The translations under genes were made by a program, and so were the position numbers. This document shows positions 1-8,709 of a DNA stretch of 54,392 bases, in pieces (the stretch's first letter is position 1; the number at the start of each line of letters is the position of its first letter). The notes beneath the pieces were generated by a model. That model did not search any database. It had not been told where the DNA came from and worked only from the letters and a program-made list of their open reading frames with translations. The DNA is from Coleofasciculus sp. B1-GNL1-01 (GTDB lineage Bacteria > Cyanobacteriota > Cyanobacteriia > Cyanobacteriales > Coleofasciculaceae): NCBI GenBank assembly GCA_040220235.1, contig JAVJTO010000134.1. One strand, given 5' to 3'.

Positions 1-126
1 TTGAGCAACCGTCAGCTACTGCACAGACATTGCCACGACCAAAAAACTGCTATGGATGCCTTGAGGCAAAAGAGGCAGTTGGCACATGAAGAGTTAGCGA
101 GGTATTTGGATGATAACCCGTTCTAA
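1..126 (+). CDS. 3' end of group II intron-encoded RT/maturase (C-terminal HNH endonuclease tail), partial
   Basis: Frame 1 reads LSNRQLLHRHCHDQKTAMDALRQKRQLAHEELARYLDDNPF*. The N-x-QLLHRHCHD motif is typical of the En domain of cyanobacterial group II intron proteins and lies just upstream of domain V. It is absent from the ORF track because it runs off the window. Confidence 0.85.
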   Translation: MSNRQLLHRHCHDQKTAMDALRQKRQLAHEELARYLDDNPF

Positions 127-259
127 CCGCCTAACCCTAACTGAGGGAAGAGGTGCCCATGACAAGGGTCAAGTCACTGAGGAGCCGTGTGACGGGAAAC
201 TGTCACGCACGGTTTTGAAAGGGAGACGGGAGGTAGCAATATCTCCCGCCGACCCAAAC
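1..259 (+). mobile_element. Group II intron (IIB-like), 3' part
   Basis: Domain V is GAGCCGTGTGACGGGAAACTGTCACGCACGGTTT (~182-215). The domain VI stem is GGG..CGGGAGGT/ATCTCCCG..CCC with a bulged A at 252, 8 nt before an AC terminus at 259. Confidence 0.9.
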
Positions 260-841
260 TATTGGCAGATTGAACAGTTAGAACAAGCTGGCTACACCGT
301 CCACACCCAAGAGGGATGGCACACCTCAACCCTAAGACAGTACCTTGGCTTGCCCAAGTCCAAGAACAAGGCTGAAGAGTCACCTGCCGCCCATGCTGTT
401 GATGGTATTTGCCTCGCCGCTTCCCAGTTCTTATGGTATCGCCAAATCAAAGGGAGAAGTGGCACCTTCAATGGTGGAATAGCGGTAACACCCTGTCAAT
501 TTGCGGTAATCAGCCGCCCCCCAATTTGCCGCCGCCAACTACACCTAATGATTCCCAGCAAGGGAGGGCGGCGGCGAAACTATGGTGGCACGGTTACTCG
601 CCACAGTGGGTTAAGGAAGGGCGATTATGTCAAGGCTGAAAAAGCAGGCATCACCTACTACGGTTACGTTTCCGGTGACACCAAAACCAAAGTTTCGGTG
701 AGTGACGCTAACTGGAAACGGTTGGGACAGTTCACTGCCAAAAAAGTCCAATTGTTGCAGCGAAATACCGGACTGGTATCAACAGTTGGATTGTCAAACC
801 TCACCACACTGAGCGAAGTCGAAGTGAGTGGCACGGTTTGA
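260..841 (+). CDS. 3' exon of RRXRR-family IsrB/IscB-like OMEGA nuclease (IS200/IS605 superfamily), interrupted by the intron
   Basis: YWQIEQL..GWHTSTLRQYLGLPKSKNKAEESPAAHAVDGICLA (RuvC-III-like H-x-x-D) and RRQLH..KGG.RRNYGGTVTRH..RKGDYV match cyanobacterial RRXRR proteins. The first 50 codons of the 110..841 ORF are intron RNA. Confidence 0.8.
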   Translation, partial: YWQIEQLEQAGYTVHTQEGWHTSTLRQYLGLPKSKNKAEESPAAHAVDGICLAASQFLWYRQIKGRSGTFNGGIAVTPCQFAVISRPPICRRQLHLMIPSKGGRRRNYGGTVTRHSGLRKGDYVKAEKAGITYYGYVSGDTKTKVSVSDANWKRLGQFTAKKVQLLQRNTGLVSTVGLSNLTTLSEVEVSGTV

Positions 842-842
842 C

Positions 843-896
843 CTCTATCCCTCCCCAACCTGCTTCGCTGAGGTTGGGGTCTCACGAGGTAAAGCG
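843..896 (+). mobile_element. Right end of the IsrB/IscB IS200/IS605-type element (subterminal hairpin)
   Basis: CTATCCCT, then hairpin CCCCAACCT(853-861)/AGGTTGGGG(871-879), followed by ATGA at 897. Confidence 0.65.
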
Positions 897-2435
897 ATGA
901 GCGAAAACCAGTATAAAGCGGTCATTTTAGATCTCGATGGCGTCATTACCCAGACGGCGCGTTTACACGCTAAAGCTTGGAAGCAGATGTTTGATGATTA
1001 TCTGCACCAACGTTCCCAACGCCAAGGAGATGATTACACGCCGTTTGATATTGATGCGGATTACCATGAATACGTGGATGGGAAGCCCCGTTACGATGGG
1101 GTAAAAAGTTTCTTAGCCTCCTGTGGGATTGAATTACCCCAGGGAAATCCTGATGATTCCACTGATCAGGAAACCATCTGTGGGCTGGGGAACCGCAAGA
1201 ATCAGCTTTTTCTGGATGTAATGGAACAGGAAGGCGTGGAAACCTATTCTGATACAGTCGAACAGATTCATCACTGGCGAAAGCAAGGTGTGAAAACGGC
1301 GGTTGTTTCCTCCAGTCGCAACTGTGCAGCGATTTTGGATAAGGCTGGGTTAATGGATCTGTTCGATACGAAGGTGGATGGCGTTGATTCTGCACAACTA
1401 AACCTCAATGGGAAACCCGCACCCGATATCTTTTTACAAGCCGCCCGTGAACTTTCTGTGGAACCGGAAAATGCGATCGCAGTCGAAGATGCGATATCTG
1501 GTGTGAAAGCGGGAAAAGCGGGACAATTTGGGTTAGTTGTCGGTGTGGTGCGCGATGGCGGTGGTGACGCCTTACGCCACCATGGTGCGGATGTTGTGGT
1601 TCGCGATTTACGGGATATCTCGGTAACGCCAGAGAAAACGACTCAATCCCTCCCCTCGGCGCTGGAACAAATTAGCACTATTGAAACTCGGCTGCGCGAT
1701 CGCCAATTGGCATTATTTACCGATTATGATGGGACACTGACGCCGATTGTACAACGCCCGGAAGCCGCCATCCTGTCTCAGGAAATGCGATCGCTACTCC
1801 TACAGTTATCTGATCAAGTGATTGTGGCGGTAATTAGTGGACGGGACTTGGCGGATGTACAAAACATGGTAGGTATCGATAAACTCTACTATGCAGGTAG
1901 CCACGGTTTTGATGTCGCTGGGGGTGGTATCCAGATGCAGCAGCAACAAGCCCAAGCCAGTCTCCCGGAATTAGATGAGGCGGAACACCAGCTACGGGAA
2001 CAGCTTAAACCCATTGCTGGGGCGAAAGTGGAACGGAAACGGTTTGCGATCGCACTTCATTATCGAGAAGTGGCTGAGTCAGATGTGGAACGGATTCAAG
2101 CCATTGTCGATCAGGTGGTTCAAAACCATCCACAGCTACGCCAAAGCCGTGGCAAAAAGATATTTGAACTACAGCCAGACGTAGCCTGGGATAAAGGGCG
2201 TGCTATCTGTTGGTTGCTGGATAAACTTGACATCAACACCCCAGATGTGCTGCCGATGTATTTAGGCGACGATACCACAGACGAAGATGCCTTCCAAGCG
2301 CTGCGCGATCGCGGAATTGGTATTCGTGTGGGTATGCCAGACGAACCAACCCAGGCTAATTATTATCTGCAAAACCCCGACGAGGTGAAGCAGTTTTTCC
2401 AAGCATTATTGAAGACATTAGACGAAAGGAATTAG
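897..2435 (+). CDS. otsB: Fusion of a beta-phosphoglucomutase-like HAD domain and trehalose-6-phosphate phosphatase
   Basis: N-terminal DLDGVIT / VDGKPRYDGV / GKPAPDIF / EDAISGV. C-terminal TDYDGTLTPI, ISGR, YAGSHG, WDKG and LGDDTTDEDAF. Start set at ATG 897 with GAGGT upstream. Confidence 0.85.
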   Translation: MSENQYKAVILDLDGVITQTARLHAKAWKQMFDDYLHQRSQRQGDDYTPFDIDADYHEYVDGKPRYDGVKSFLASCGIELPQGNPDDSTDQETICGLGNRKNQLFLDVMEQEGVETYSDTVEQIHHWRKQGVKTAVVSSSRNCAAILDKAGLMDLFDTKVDGVDSAQLNLNGKPAPDIFLQAARELSVEPENAIAVEDAISGVKAGKAGQFGLVVGVVRDGGGDALRHHGADVVVRDLRDISVTPEKTTQSLPSALEQISTIETRLRDRQLALFTDYDGTLTPIVQRPEAAILSQEMRSLLLQLSDQVIVAVISGRDLADVQNMVGIDKLYYAGSHGFDVAGGGIQMQQQQAQASLPELDEAEHQLREQLKPIAGAKVERKRFAIALHYREVAESDVERIQAIVDQVVQNHPQLRQSRGKKIFELQPDVAWDKGRAICWLLDKLDINTPDVLPMYLGDDTTDEDAFQALRDRGIGIRVGMPDEPTQANYYLQNPDEVKQFFQALLKTLDERN

Positions 2436-2439
2436 CATC

Positions 2440-4851
2440 GTGGCTGAACGGAAAACGCACGATTGGCAACTGATCTACCCCAACTGGGAACCCCAACAAC
2501 AGGGATTACGGGAAGCACTCTGTACATTGGGAAATGGCTACATTGCCACACGCGGCGCTTTCGAGGAGGTGAATGCTGGGGGTTCTCATTATCCCGGTAC
2601 TTACTTAGCAGGCGGGTATAATCGGCTGGAAACCAATATAGCGGGTCGTGTCCTGGAAAGCGAAGATCTGGTTAATTTTCCCAATTGGCTTCCTCTGAAC
2701 TTTCGCCCCAAAGATGGTGACTGGTTTGATATTGATGCGGTTGACGTATTGGATTTTTCCTATCGTTTAGACGTACACTGTGGCGTGCTGGAACGGATGG
2801 TACGTTTCCGTGACGCCAACGAGCGCGAGTTTACTCTCACCAGCCGACGCCTAGTTCATCAAGACAACCCCCATTTAGCCGCGATTGAGTGGCGGCTAAT
2901 TGCCCACAATTGGTCAGGAGAAATCGAGATTCGTTCCGCACTGGATGGGACTGTATCCAATCAAAACGTTGAGCGCTACCGACAGCTTAATAGTAAACAC
3001 TTAGACATCCTGGATACAGGTTATGAGGGCGAAGACGCTATTTTTCTGAGTGTTTGCACCAATCAATCTCATATCAGCATGACTCAAGCGGCGCGAACCC
3101 AAGTCTTCGAGGGTGATGTGGTGGTGCCAACGCAGCGAGAACGTCGGGATGAGAATGGACGGATTGCCCAGCACTTAGTTGTACCCTGTCAGCAACAGAA
3201 GGAACTGCGGGTTGAGAAGATTGTCGCGATTTATACATCAAGAGACTTTGCCATCAGTGAACCTGGACTAGAAGCTAGGAAGACTGTGCGCCGAGCGTCA
3301 GGCTTTGCGGATTTATTGCGATCGCACCAACGGAAATGGCGTCATCTCTGGAGTATTGCTGATATTAACCTGGAAAACGGTGATATCGACACCCAGTTTA
3401 TTTTGCGGTTACATATCTTCCATCTGCTGCAATCCACTTCACCGAATACCATTGATCGGGATGTGGGCGTACCGTCGCGAGGATGGCATGGAGAAGCCTA
3501 TCGCGGACACATTCTCTGGGATGAGTTATTCATTTTTCCCTTCCTGAATCTGCGCCTACCCGAATTGACCCGTTCTCTGCTAATGTACCGTTACCGCCGC
3601 CTCACCGAAGCGCGGCATTTGGCTTGTACAGCCGGATACCAGGGCGCAATGTTTCCCTGGCAAAGTGGCAGTGATGGACGCGAGGAAAGCCAGGAATTGC
3701 ACTTGAATCCTCGTTCTGGACGTTGGATTCCAGATAACTCCAATTTTCAGCGACACGTCAATGCGGCAATTGCCTATAACGTTTGGCGGTACTACCAAGC
3801 GACGAATGATATCGAGTTTCTCTCCTACTACGGTGCAGAACTATTGCTGGAACTCGCCCGATTTTGGGCAAGTATTACGGTATATAATGCAGAGCGCGAT
3901 CGCTATGAGATCCGTAACGTTATGGGTCCGGATGAATTCCACACCCATTATCCCGATACGGAGACGCCGGGATTAAATAATAACGCTTACACCAACGTGA
4001 TGGCAGCATGGGTATTACGTTGTGCCAGTGGCGTGTTACAGTTACTCGACGAAAAGCGCCGCGAAGAATTGACCGAGGTTCTGGATATCGAGGACGAAGA
4101 ACTGGTTCGCTGGGAGGAAATCAGTCGCAAAATGTTTGTTCCGTTCCACGATAAGGGAATAATTAGCCAGTTTGAGGGGTATGAGAATCTCAAGGAGTTT
4201 GACTGGGAAGGTTATCGAGAAAAATACGGCGATATCCAGCGCCTTGATCGCATCTTAGAGGCGGAAGATGAGGATGCGAACGGTTACAAAGCCAGCAAGC
4301 AGGCGGATGTACTGATGCTGTTCTATCTGTTCTCATCAGAGACGTTGCAGGATCTATTTGAATATATGGGCTACCCCTTCGATGCGGAAACCATCCCCCG
4401 CAATATCAACTATTACATGCAGCGCACCTCTCATGGTTCCACCCTCAGCCGGATGGTGCATTCCTGGGTATTATCCCGATCAGATCGAGAAAAAGCGTGG
4501 AAATTCTTTAAAGAGGCTCTCCATAGCGACATTGATGACATTCAGGGAGGTACAACGCCTGAAGGCATCCACTTAGGGGCGATGGCGGGAACGGTGGATC
4601 TGATGCAACGCTGTTATACCGGGTTGGACATTCGCGATCAGGTCTTGTGGTTAAATCCGTGTCTGCCTAGTGAATTATCCGATATACGCCTGCGATTGCG
4701 CTACCGAGGACATTGGCTATCACTGCGGTTGACTGATGAAAATCTCACCGTTTCCTTTGATCGCGGCTGGTCACAACCGGCTTGCATTGGCTTCCAAGGT
4801 GAGGTCTATGAGATGGTTGAGGGAGAGACAAGGGAGTTTAAATTGGCTTGA
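2440..4851 (+). CDS. Glycoside hydrolase family 65 (trehalose / trehalose-6-phosphate phosphorylase-like)
   Basis: REALCTLGNGY, GWHGEAYRGHILWDE, VMGPDEFH, KQADVLML, HGSTLS and GIHLGAMAG motifs. Starts 4 bp after the upstream gene. Confidence 0.9.
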   Translation: MAERKTHDWQLIYPNWEPQQQGLREALCTLGNGYIATRGAFEEVNAGGSHYPGTYLAGGYNRLETNIAGRVLESEDLVNFPNWLPLNFRPKDGDWFDIDAVDVLDFSYRLDVHCGVLERMVRFRDANEREFTLTSRRLVHQDNPHLAAIEWRLIAHNWSGEIEIRSALDGTVSNQNVERYRQLNSKHLDILDTGYEGEDAIFLSVCTNQSHISMTQAARTQVFEGDVVVPTQRERRDENGRIAQHLVVPCQQQKELRVEKIVAIYTSRDFAISEPGLEARKTVRRASGFADLLRSHQRKWRHLWSIADINLENGDIDTQFILRLHIFHLLQSTSPNTIDRDVGVPSRGWHGEAYRGHILWDELFIFPFLNLRLPELTRSLLMYRYRRLTEARHLACTAGYQGAMFPWQSGSDGREESQELHLNPRSGRWIPDNSNFQRHVNAAIAYNVWRYYQATNDIEFLSYYGAELLLELARFWASITVYNAERDRYEIRNVMGPDEFHTHYPDTETPGLNNNAYTNVMAAWVLRCASGVLQLLDEKRREELTEVLDIEDEELVRWEEISRKMFVPFHDKGIISQFEGYENLKEFDWEGYREKYGDIQRLDRILEAEDEDANGYKASKQADVLMLFYLFSSETLQDLFEYMGYPFDAETIPRNINYYMQRTSHGSTLSRMVHSWVLSRSDREKAWKFFKEALHSDIDDIQGGTTPEGIHLGAMAGTVDLMQRCYTGLDIRDQVLWLNPCLPSELSDIRLRLRYRGHWLSLRLTDENLTVSFDRGWSQPACIGFQGEVYEMVEGETREFKLA

Positions 4852-4871
4852 GGGAGATGGGGGAGAGGATT

Positions 4872-4920
4872 ACCAATGAACCATGAACCATAAACAATCA
4901 ACAAATGACGAATGACAAAT
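4872..4920 (+). repeat. Degenerate heptamer tandem repeat (STRR-like, ACAAATG type)
   Basis: accaatg aaccatg aaccata aacaatc aacaaatg acgaatg acaaat. Confidence 0.6.
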
Positions 4921-4947
4921 CACCACCTCTCCCTTGCCAGCAATGTA

Positions 4948-4982
4948 GTTTACTCCAATTTAACCTTAATCTGCTATCAATA
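4948..4982 (+). promoter_or_regulatory. Putative SphR/PhoB Pho box and -10 region upstream of phoU
   Basis: GTTTACTC (4948) and TTTAACCT (4959) at 11-bp period resemble PyTTAAPyPy(T/A). A -10-like AT-rich stretch follows at ~4976. Confidence 0.55.
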
Positions 4983-5015
4983 GAAGTAGACAGAATTGAA
5001 ATTGTCCTAGGGCAA

Positions 5016-5221
5016 GTCAATCACCCCGCCCATCAACAATATGGACGAGGCTAACATTAACCCGTACAGGGGAGATGCTTTAAACCATGAGGCAATTGGG
5101 TAGAAAGTATACTTCTTTTTACCCACCGCTTTGTATAAGTAAATTGAGTTAGGAGGTGTGGCTTTCCTCCCCGATCCTACGACCTAGTAGGCAGGAGGGA
5201 GGTGTTCAGCCACAAAGTAGG
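5016..5221 (+). mobile_element. Non-autonomous IscB/IsrB-type (IS200/IS605) mini-element
   Basis: Begins GTCAATCACCCCGCCC...GGACGAGGCT, like an omegaRNA/left-end hairpin. Ends with CTTTCCTCCCC...GGAGGGAGG..CAGCC, a right-end-like hairpin, and is followed by ATGA. No ORF. Confidence 0.6.
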
Positions 5222-5226
5222 ATGAG

Positions 5227-5895
5227 GTGAGTCTATCTTCTGCAAACCGCCCTTGCGATCGCAATCACTTTAAACGCGCCCTTAACCGCTTAGAGCAGGA
5301 TGTGCTGCGGATGGGCGCATTGGTGGAAAATTCTTTCCGCCTCGGTCATCAAGCTCTATTTTATCAAAATCTGGAGGCAATCCAGGAAATCACCTCCATT
5401 GAGAAACGAATTGATCGCTACTACCGCCATATAGAAATAGAGTGTGCCTCTCTGCTCACACTTCAATCGCCAGTGGCACAAGATCTACGTCTGGTTAGTG
5501 CGTTTATGCAATTAATCCGGGATTTGGAACGTATTGGTGATTATGCTGAGGATTTAACAGAAATTGCGGTAAAATTATTCGCTTATCCGCCTCATCCTTG
5601 TATGTCCCAGATTGAAGAAATGTCCCACCATGCCCAAGCGATGCTAGCGTCGAGTTTAGCCTCATTAGCGGACTTAGATGCGACGGCTGGACAAGCGGTT
5701 AAAGTACTAGATGATAAAGTCGATAATGCCTACGACAAGTTGTATCACACGTTAGCTTTTCAGCGAGATATTCCAGGCGTAGTGGAGCCAATTGTCCTCT
5801 TGGTCTTGGCAATTCGTCATATCGAACGCATGGCTGATCATGCGACCAACATCGGTCAACGGGTGACTTATATTGTTACAGGTCATCGTTCCTAG
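5227..5895 (+). CDS. phoU: Phosphate signalling complex protein PhoU
   Basis: QSPVAQDLR, DLERIGDYA and IERMADHATNI motifs (two PhoU repeats). Confidence 0.95.
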   Translation: MSLSSANRPCDRNHFKRALNRLEQDVLRMGALVENSFRLGHQALFYQNLEAIQEITSIEKRIDRYYRHIEIECASLLTLQSPVAQDLRLVSAFMQLIRDLERIGDYAEDLTEIAVKLFAYPPHPCMSQIEEMSHHAQAMLASSLASLADLDATAGQAVKVLDDKVDNAYDKLYHTLAFQRDIPGVVEPIVLLVLAIRHIERMADHATNIGQRVTYIVTGHRS

Positions 5896-5919
5896 AAAAG
5901 AAAGCAGAAGGCAGAAGAT

Positions 5920-6107
5920 TGTAGAGGCAGGTTTAGAAACTGTAGGGGCGGGTTTAGGAACTAGCGCTAGCTTTTTACTAATAACTGAAAAACAAAACCC
6001 GCCCTGCCTCACCAATAACTGAAAAACAAAATCTACCCTGCCTCACCAATAACTGAAAAACAAAACCCACCCTGCCTCACCAATAACTGAAAAACAAAAC
6101 CCGCTCT
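5920..6107. repeat. REP-like GTAGGGGCGGGTTT...AAACCCGCCC element with amplified arms (21-bp x2, 34-bp x~3.7)
   Basis: Unit AATAACTGAAAAACAAAACCCGCCCTGCCTCACC starts at 5980, 6014, 6048 and 6082. The left arm is duplicated at 5920 and 5941. Confidence 0.85.
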
Positions 6108-6130
6108 TATTCATTATCATTTCAGCCCAG

Positions 6131-6185
6131 CTTAACCTAACGATTACCAATACCTTACCTTTTTCTAACCTGCAAGATTTAAAGT
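6131..6185 (+). promoter_or_regulatory. Pho box (four units) and -10 of phoX
   Basis: CTTAACCT 6131, GATTACCA 6142, CCTTACCT 6153 and TCTAACCT 6164, at exact 11-bp period. TAAAGT at 6180. Confidence 0.8.
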
Positions 6186-6245
6186 AATATCGCATCTAGG
6201 GTATTCCTATCACGAAACCCGAAACTGAAAGGGTAAGGCAAAACT

Positions 6246-8456
6246 ATGGCTCTCAAACGTCGTCATTTTCTGCTATTTCTGGGAGCTAGTGCAGGAACAG
6301 TAGCGCTGGGGTCTTGTAGTTCTCCGAGTCAGAAGGGTTCAGGTTCATTAACCCAAATTAACCCGAATACAGATAATCTGAGTTTTAAACCCGTTAAAGG
6401 TCCCCTACCGTTAGAAAGCGATCGCGTGCCATCAACGAAACAAATCGAAGCCTACAGCCGTTATGAAGTGGTGGATGATTTGGTACTACCCGAAGGTTTT
6501 ACCTACGATGTGATCGGCGCTTGGGGAGATCCGGTGGGGGATTCTCGCTTTGGTTATAACAATGATTATTTATCATTTATAGAAACAGGTCAGGATGAAG
6601 GATACCTGACCATTAATTTTGAATATATTAGCGGTGGCACCTGGATGCAAACCTACTCTCAGGTTATCGGTGAGTCATTACCATTTGAAGAAGTTAAAGC
6701 GGTGGCGGCGAAGAGTGATGGTAAAATTAATGCCTTTGCTTTACCCGATGCTGATCCGCTAAAAGCCAAAATTCGCCAGATTTCCCAAGCGGGTTTGATT
6801 GATCAGGGATTGGGTGTGATTTCACTGCGTCGAACAGCCGATGGAACCTGGATGCGAACGAATTCTGGTGCTGATCGACGGATTACCGGAATCTCTGGAT
6901 TAGCAGACGATCGCTATCTCAAAGCCACGGGACCTGCTGTCGCGGTTTTCCGCAAGACTCAAGCACAAGGATACCAGGATGGCTTAGGCGATCGCATTAT
7001 TGGGACATTCCAAAATTGTGCGGGTGGAACCACCCCTTGGGGAACAGTATTCAGTGCAGAGGAAAATTTTCAAGACCAAGTGCCAGAAGCCGTTTACGCT
7101 GATGGTACGTCCTTTGACCCCGCTGCGCTTCCCTTTGTGATTAACGATTACTTTGTCGATGGACGAGGGAATGTCTTGGGTTTAGCTGGGAATAAATATG
7201 GCTGGATGGTAGAAGTTGATCCGGCTAATGCCAATGATTATGGGACAAAACACACTTGGCTGGGTCGATTTCGTCATGAAGCCGTGGCGTTTAAGGTTGT
7301 ATCTGGGAAACCCTTAGCGGTATATTCGGGATGCGATCGCCGAGGCGGTCATCTGTATAAGTTTGTCAGTAAAGACACCGTTAGTGATCCAACCGATAAA
7401 ACCAATTCCCGTTTAATGGCAGAGGGAATGCTTTACGCGGCGGTGTTTGCACCTGATGGCACAGGACGCTGGATGGCATTAACACCCAGTACCCCCGTTA
7501 ACCCTGTGTTACCCAGTACCGTTGAAGGCAGCTTAGTCCCCTTACCCAAACGTCCCCAGGGGGGAATTGTGGAGGTGACAACCGATGCGGAAGCCTTGGC
7601 GTTTAAACAGCAGTTTGCCACACTGGGGGACTTATACCAAGGGAATGATATCGAAAAACAAGGAGCAATTTTAATCGACGCCCATTTTGCCGCCAATGCT
7701 GCTGGTGCAACCACCACCGCCCGTCCGGAAGATACAGATATGGCAGCGGATGGTTCGCTGTATATCGCCTTTACCTCTGGTAGTCCAGGGGGAGATGGCG
7801 GACCCGACAAGCGCGTTTTCCAGGGACCCAAGGGAGAAACGCCCTGGGAATATGGTTGGATTCTGCGTCTAGTAGAAAACCAAGATAATCCCGCCGCAAT
7901 GACATTTCGCTGGGACTCCTTTGCCATGGGGGGCGAACCCGCTGAAGGGGGTGCCGGATTTTCTAATCCCGATAATTTAGAATTTGACAACAATGGTAAT
8001 GTTTGGATGGTGACGGATATATCTACCTCCAAACACAATCAGCCCGTAACCAGTCGGGTCAATGACCAAGGTGAATCCATAAGTCAAACTGATATCCAGG
8101 GCATTTTTGGCAATAATTCGATCTGGTGTCTGCCCACATCAGGGGAAATGGCAGGGAATGCTTACTTATTTGGCATTGGACCGATGGAATGTGAAACCAC
8201 CGGACCCTTTTTTAGTCCTGATCAAAAAACCCTATTCCTCGCCGTACAACACCCAGGGGAAAAATACGGTATCCGCAAGGATAACCAGACTGAGACTCGT
8301 AAGTTTGTGATAAAAACTACTACCGGAGAAGAATTTCTGCAAGAACGTCAAGTCCCCCTGGGTTCCAACTGGCCCCGTAAAGGCACAAGCGATCCACCCC
8401 AGCCAGCCGTGGTCGCGATTCGGCGATTGGATAACCAACCGATTACTATGGCATAA
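6246..8456 (+). CDS. phoX: PhoX-family alkaline phosphatase, Tat-exported lipoprotein
   Basis: KRRHFL Tat motif and LGSC lipobox. Also GYNND, NCAGGTTPWGT..AEEN, GRFRHE, RPE, NPDN and QHPGE. Confidence 0.93.
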   Translation: MALKRRHFLLFLGASAGTVALGSCSSPSQKGSGSLTQINPNTDNLSFKPVKGPLPLESDRVPSTKQIEAYSRYEVVDDLVLPEGFTYDVIGAWGDPVGDSRFGYNNDYLSFIETGQDEGYLTINFEYISGGTWMQTYSQVIGESLPFEEVKAVAAKSDGKINAFALPDADPLKAKIRQISQAGLIDQGLGVISLRRTADGTWMRTNSGADRRITGISGLADDRYLKATGPAVAVFRKTQAQGYQDGLGDRIIGTFQNCAGGTTPWGTVFSAEENFQDQVPEAVYADGTSFDPAALPFVINDYFVDGRGNVLGLAGNKYGWMVEVDPANANDYGTKHTWLGRFRHEAVAFKVVSGKPLAVYSGCDRRGGHLYKFVSKDTVSDPTDKTNSRLMAEGMLYAAVFAPDGTGRWMALTPSTPVNPVLPSTVEGSLVPLPKRPQGGIVEVTTDAEALAFKQQFATLGDLYQGNDIEKQGAILIDAHFAANAAGATTTARPEDTDMAADGSLYIAFTSGSPGGDGGPDKRVFQGPKGETPWEYGWILRLVENQDNPAAMTFRWDSFAMGGEPAEGGAGFSNPDNLEFDNNGNVWMVTDISTSKHNQPVTSRVNDQGESISQTDIQGIFGNNSIWCLPTSGEMAGNAYLFGIGPMECETTGPFFSPDQKTLFLAVQHPGEKYGIRKDNQTETRKFVIKTTTGEEFLQERQVPLGSNWPRKGTSDPPQPAVVAIRRLDNQPITMA

Positions 8457-8709
8457 AATACTCTTAATAGAGATGTAATATGCTATATCTCCACATTTCT
8501 ACATTAATTGATTCAGATAAATAATTCTAATCTTTTCGTGGTATCCAGCTCAACAGCTTTGATTTAGAATCTATTTCTTAGAGGATAAAAACGTGTAACA
8601 GTTAAAGCGTAAAATTAGTGATATGTTTTGAGTAAACGCAAAAAAGCTATTGCTCATTCAGTCCAATTGGTTTACAGTTTTGGCATGGAAGTAGGTGTGA
8701 GGATTGTTT

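Noticed and set aside
110..259. N-terminal 50 codons of the 243-aa ORF
   Set aside because: They translate intron domains V/VI (EEPCDGKLSRTVLKG is the typical domain V read-through), so they are not a real protein start.
828..896. GTG start for the otsB fusion
   Set aside because: It lies within the element's right end. ATG 897 has an SD and starts just before the HAD motif.
5980..6107. 34-bp periodic repeat as a CRISPR array
   Set aside because: The units are contiguous with no unique spacers, and there are no cas genes in the window.
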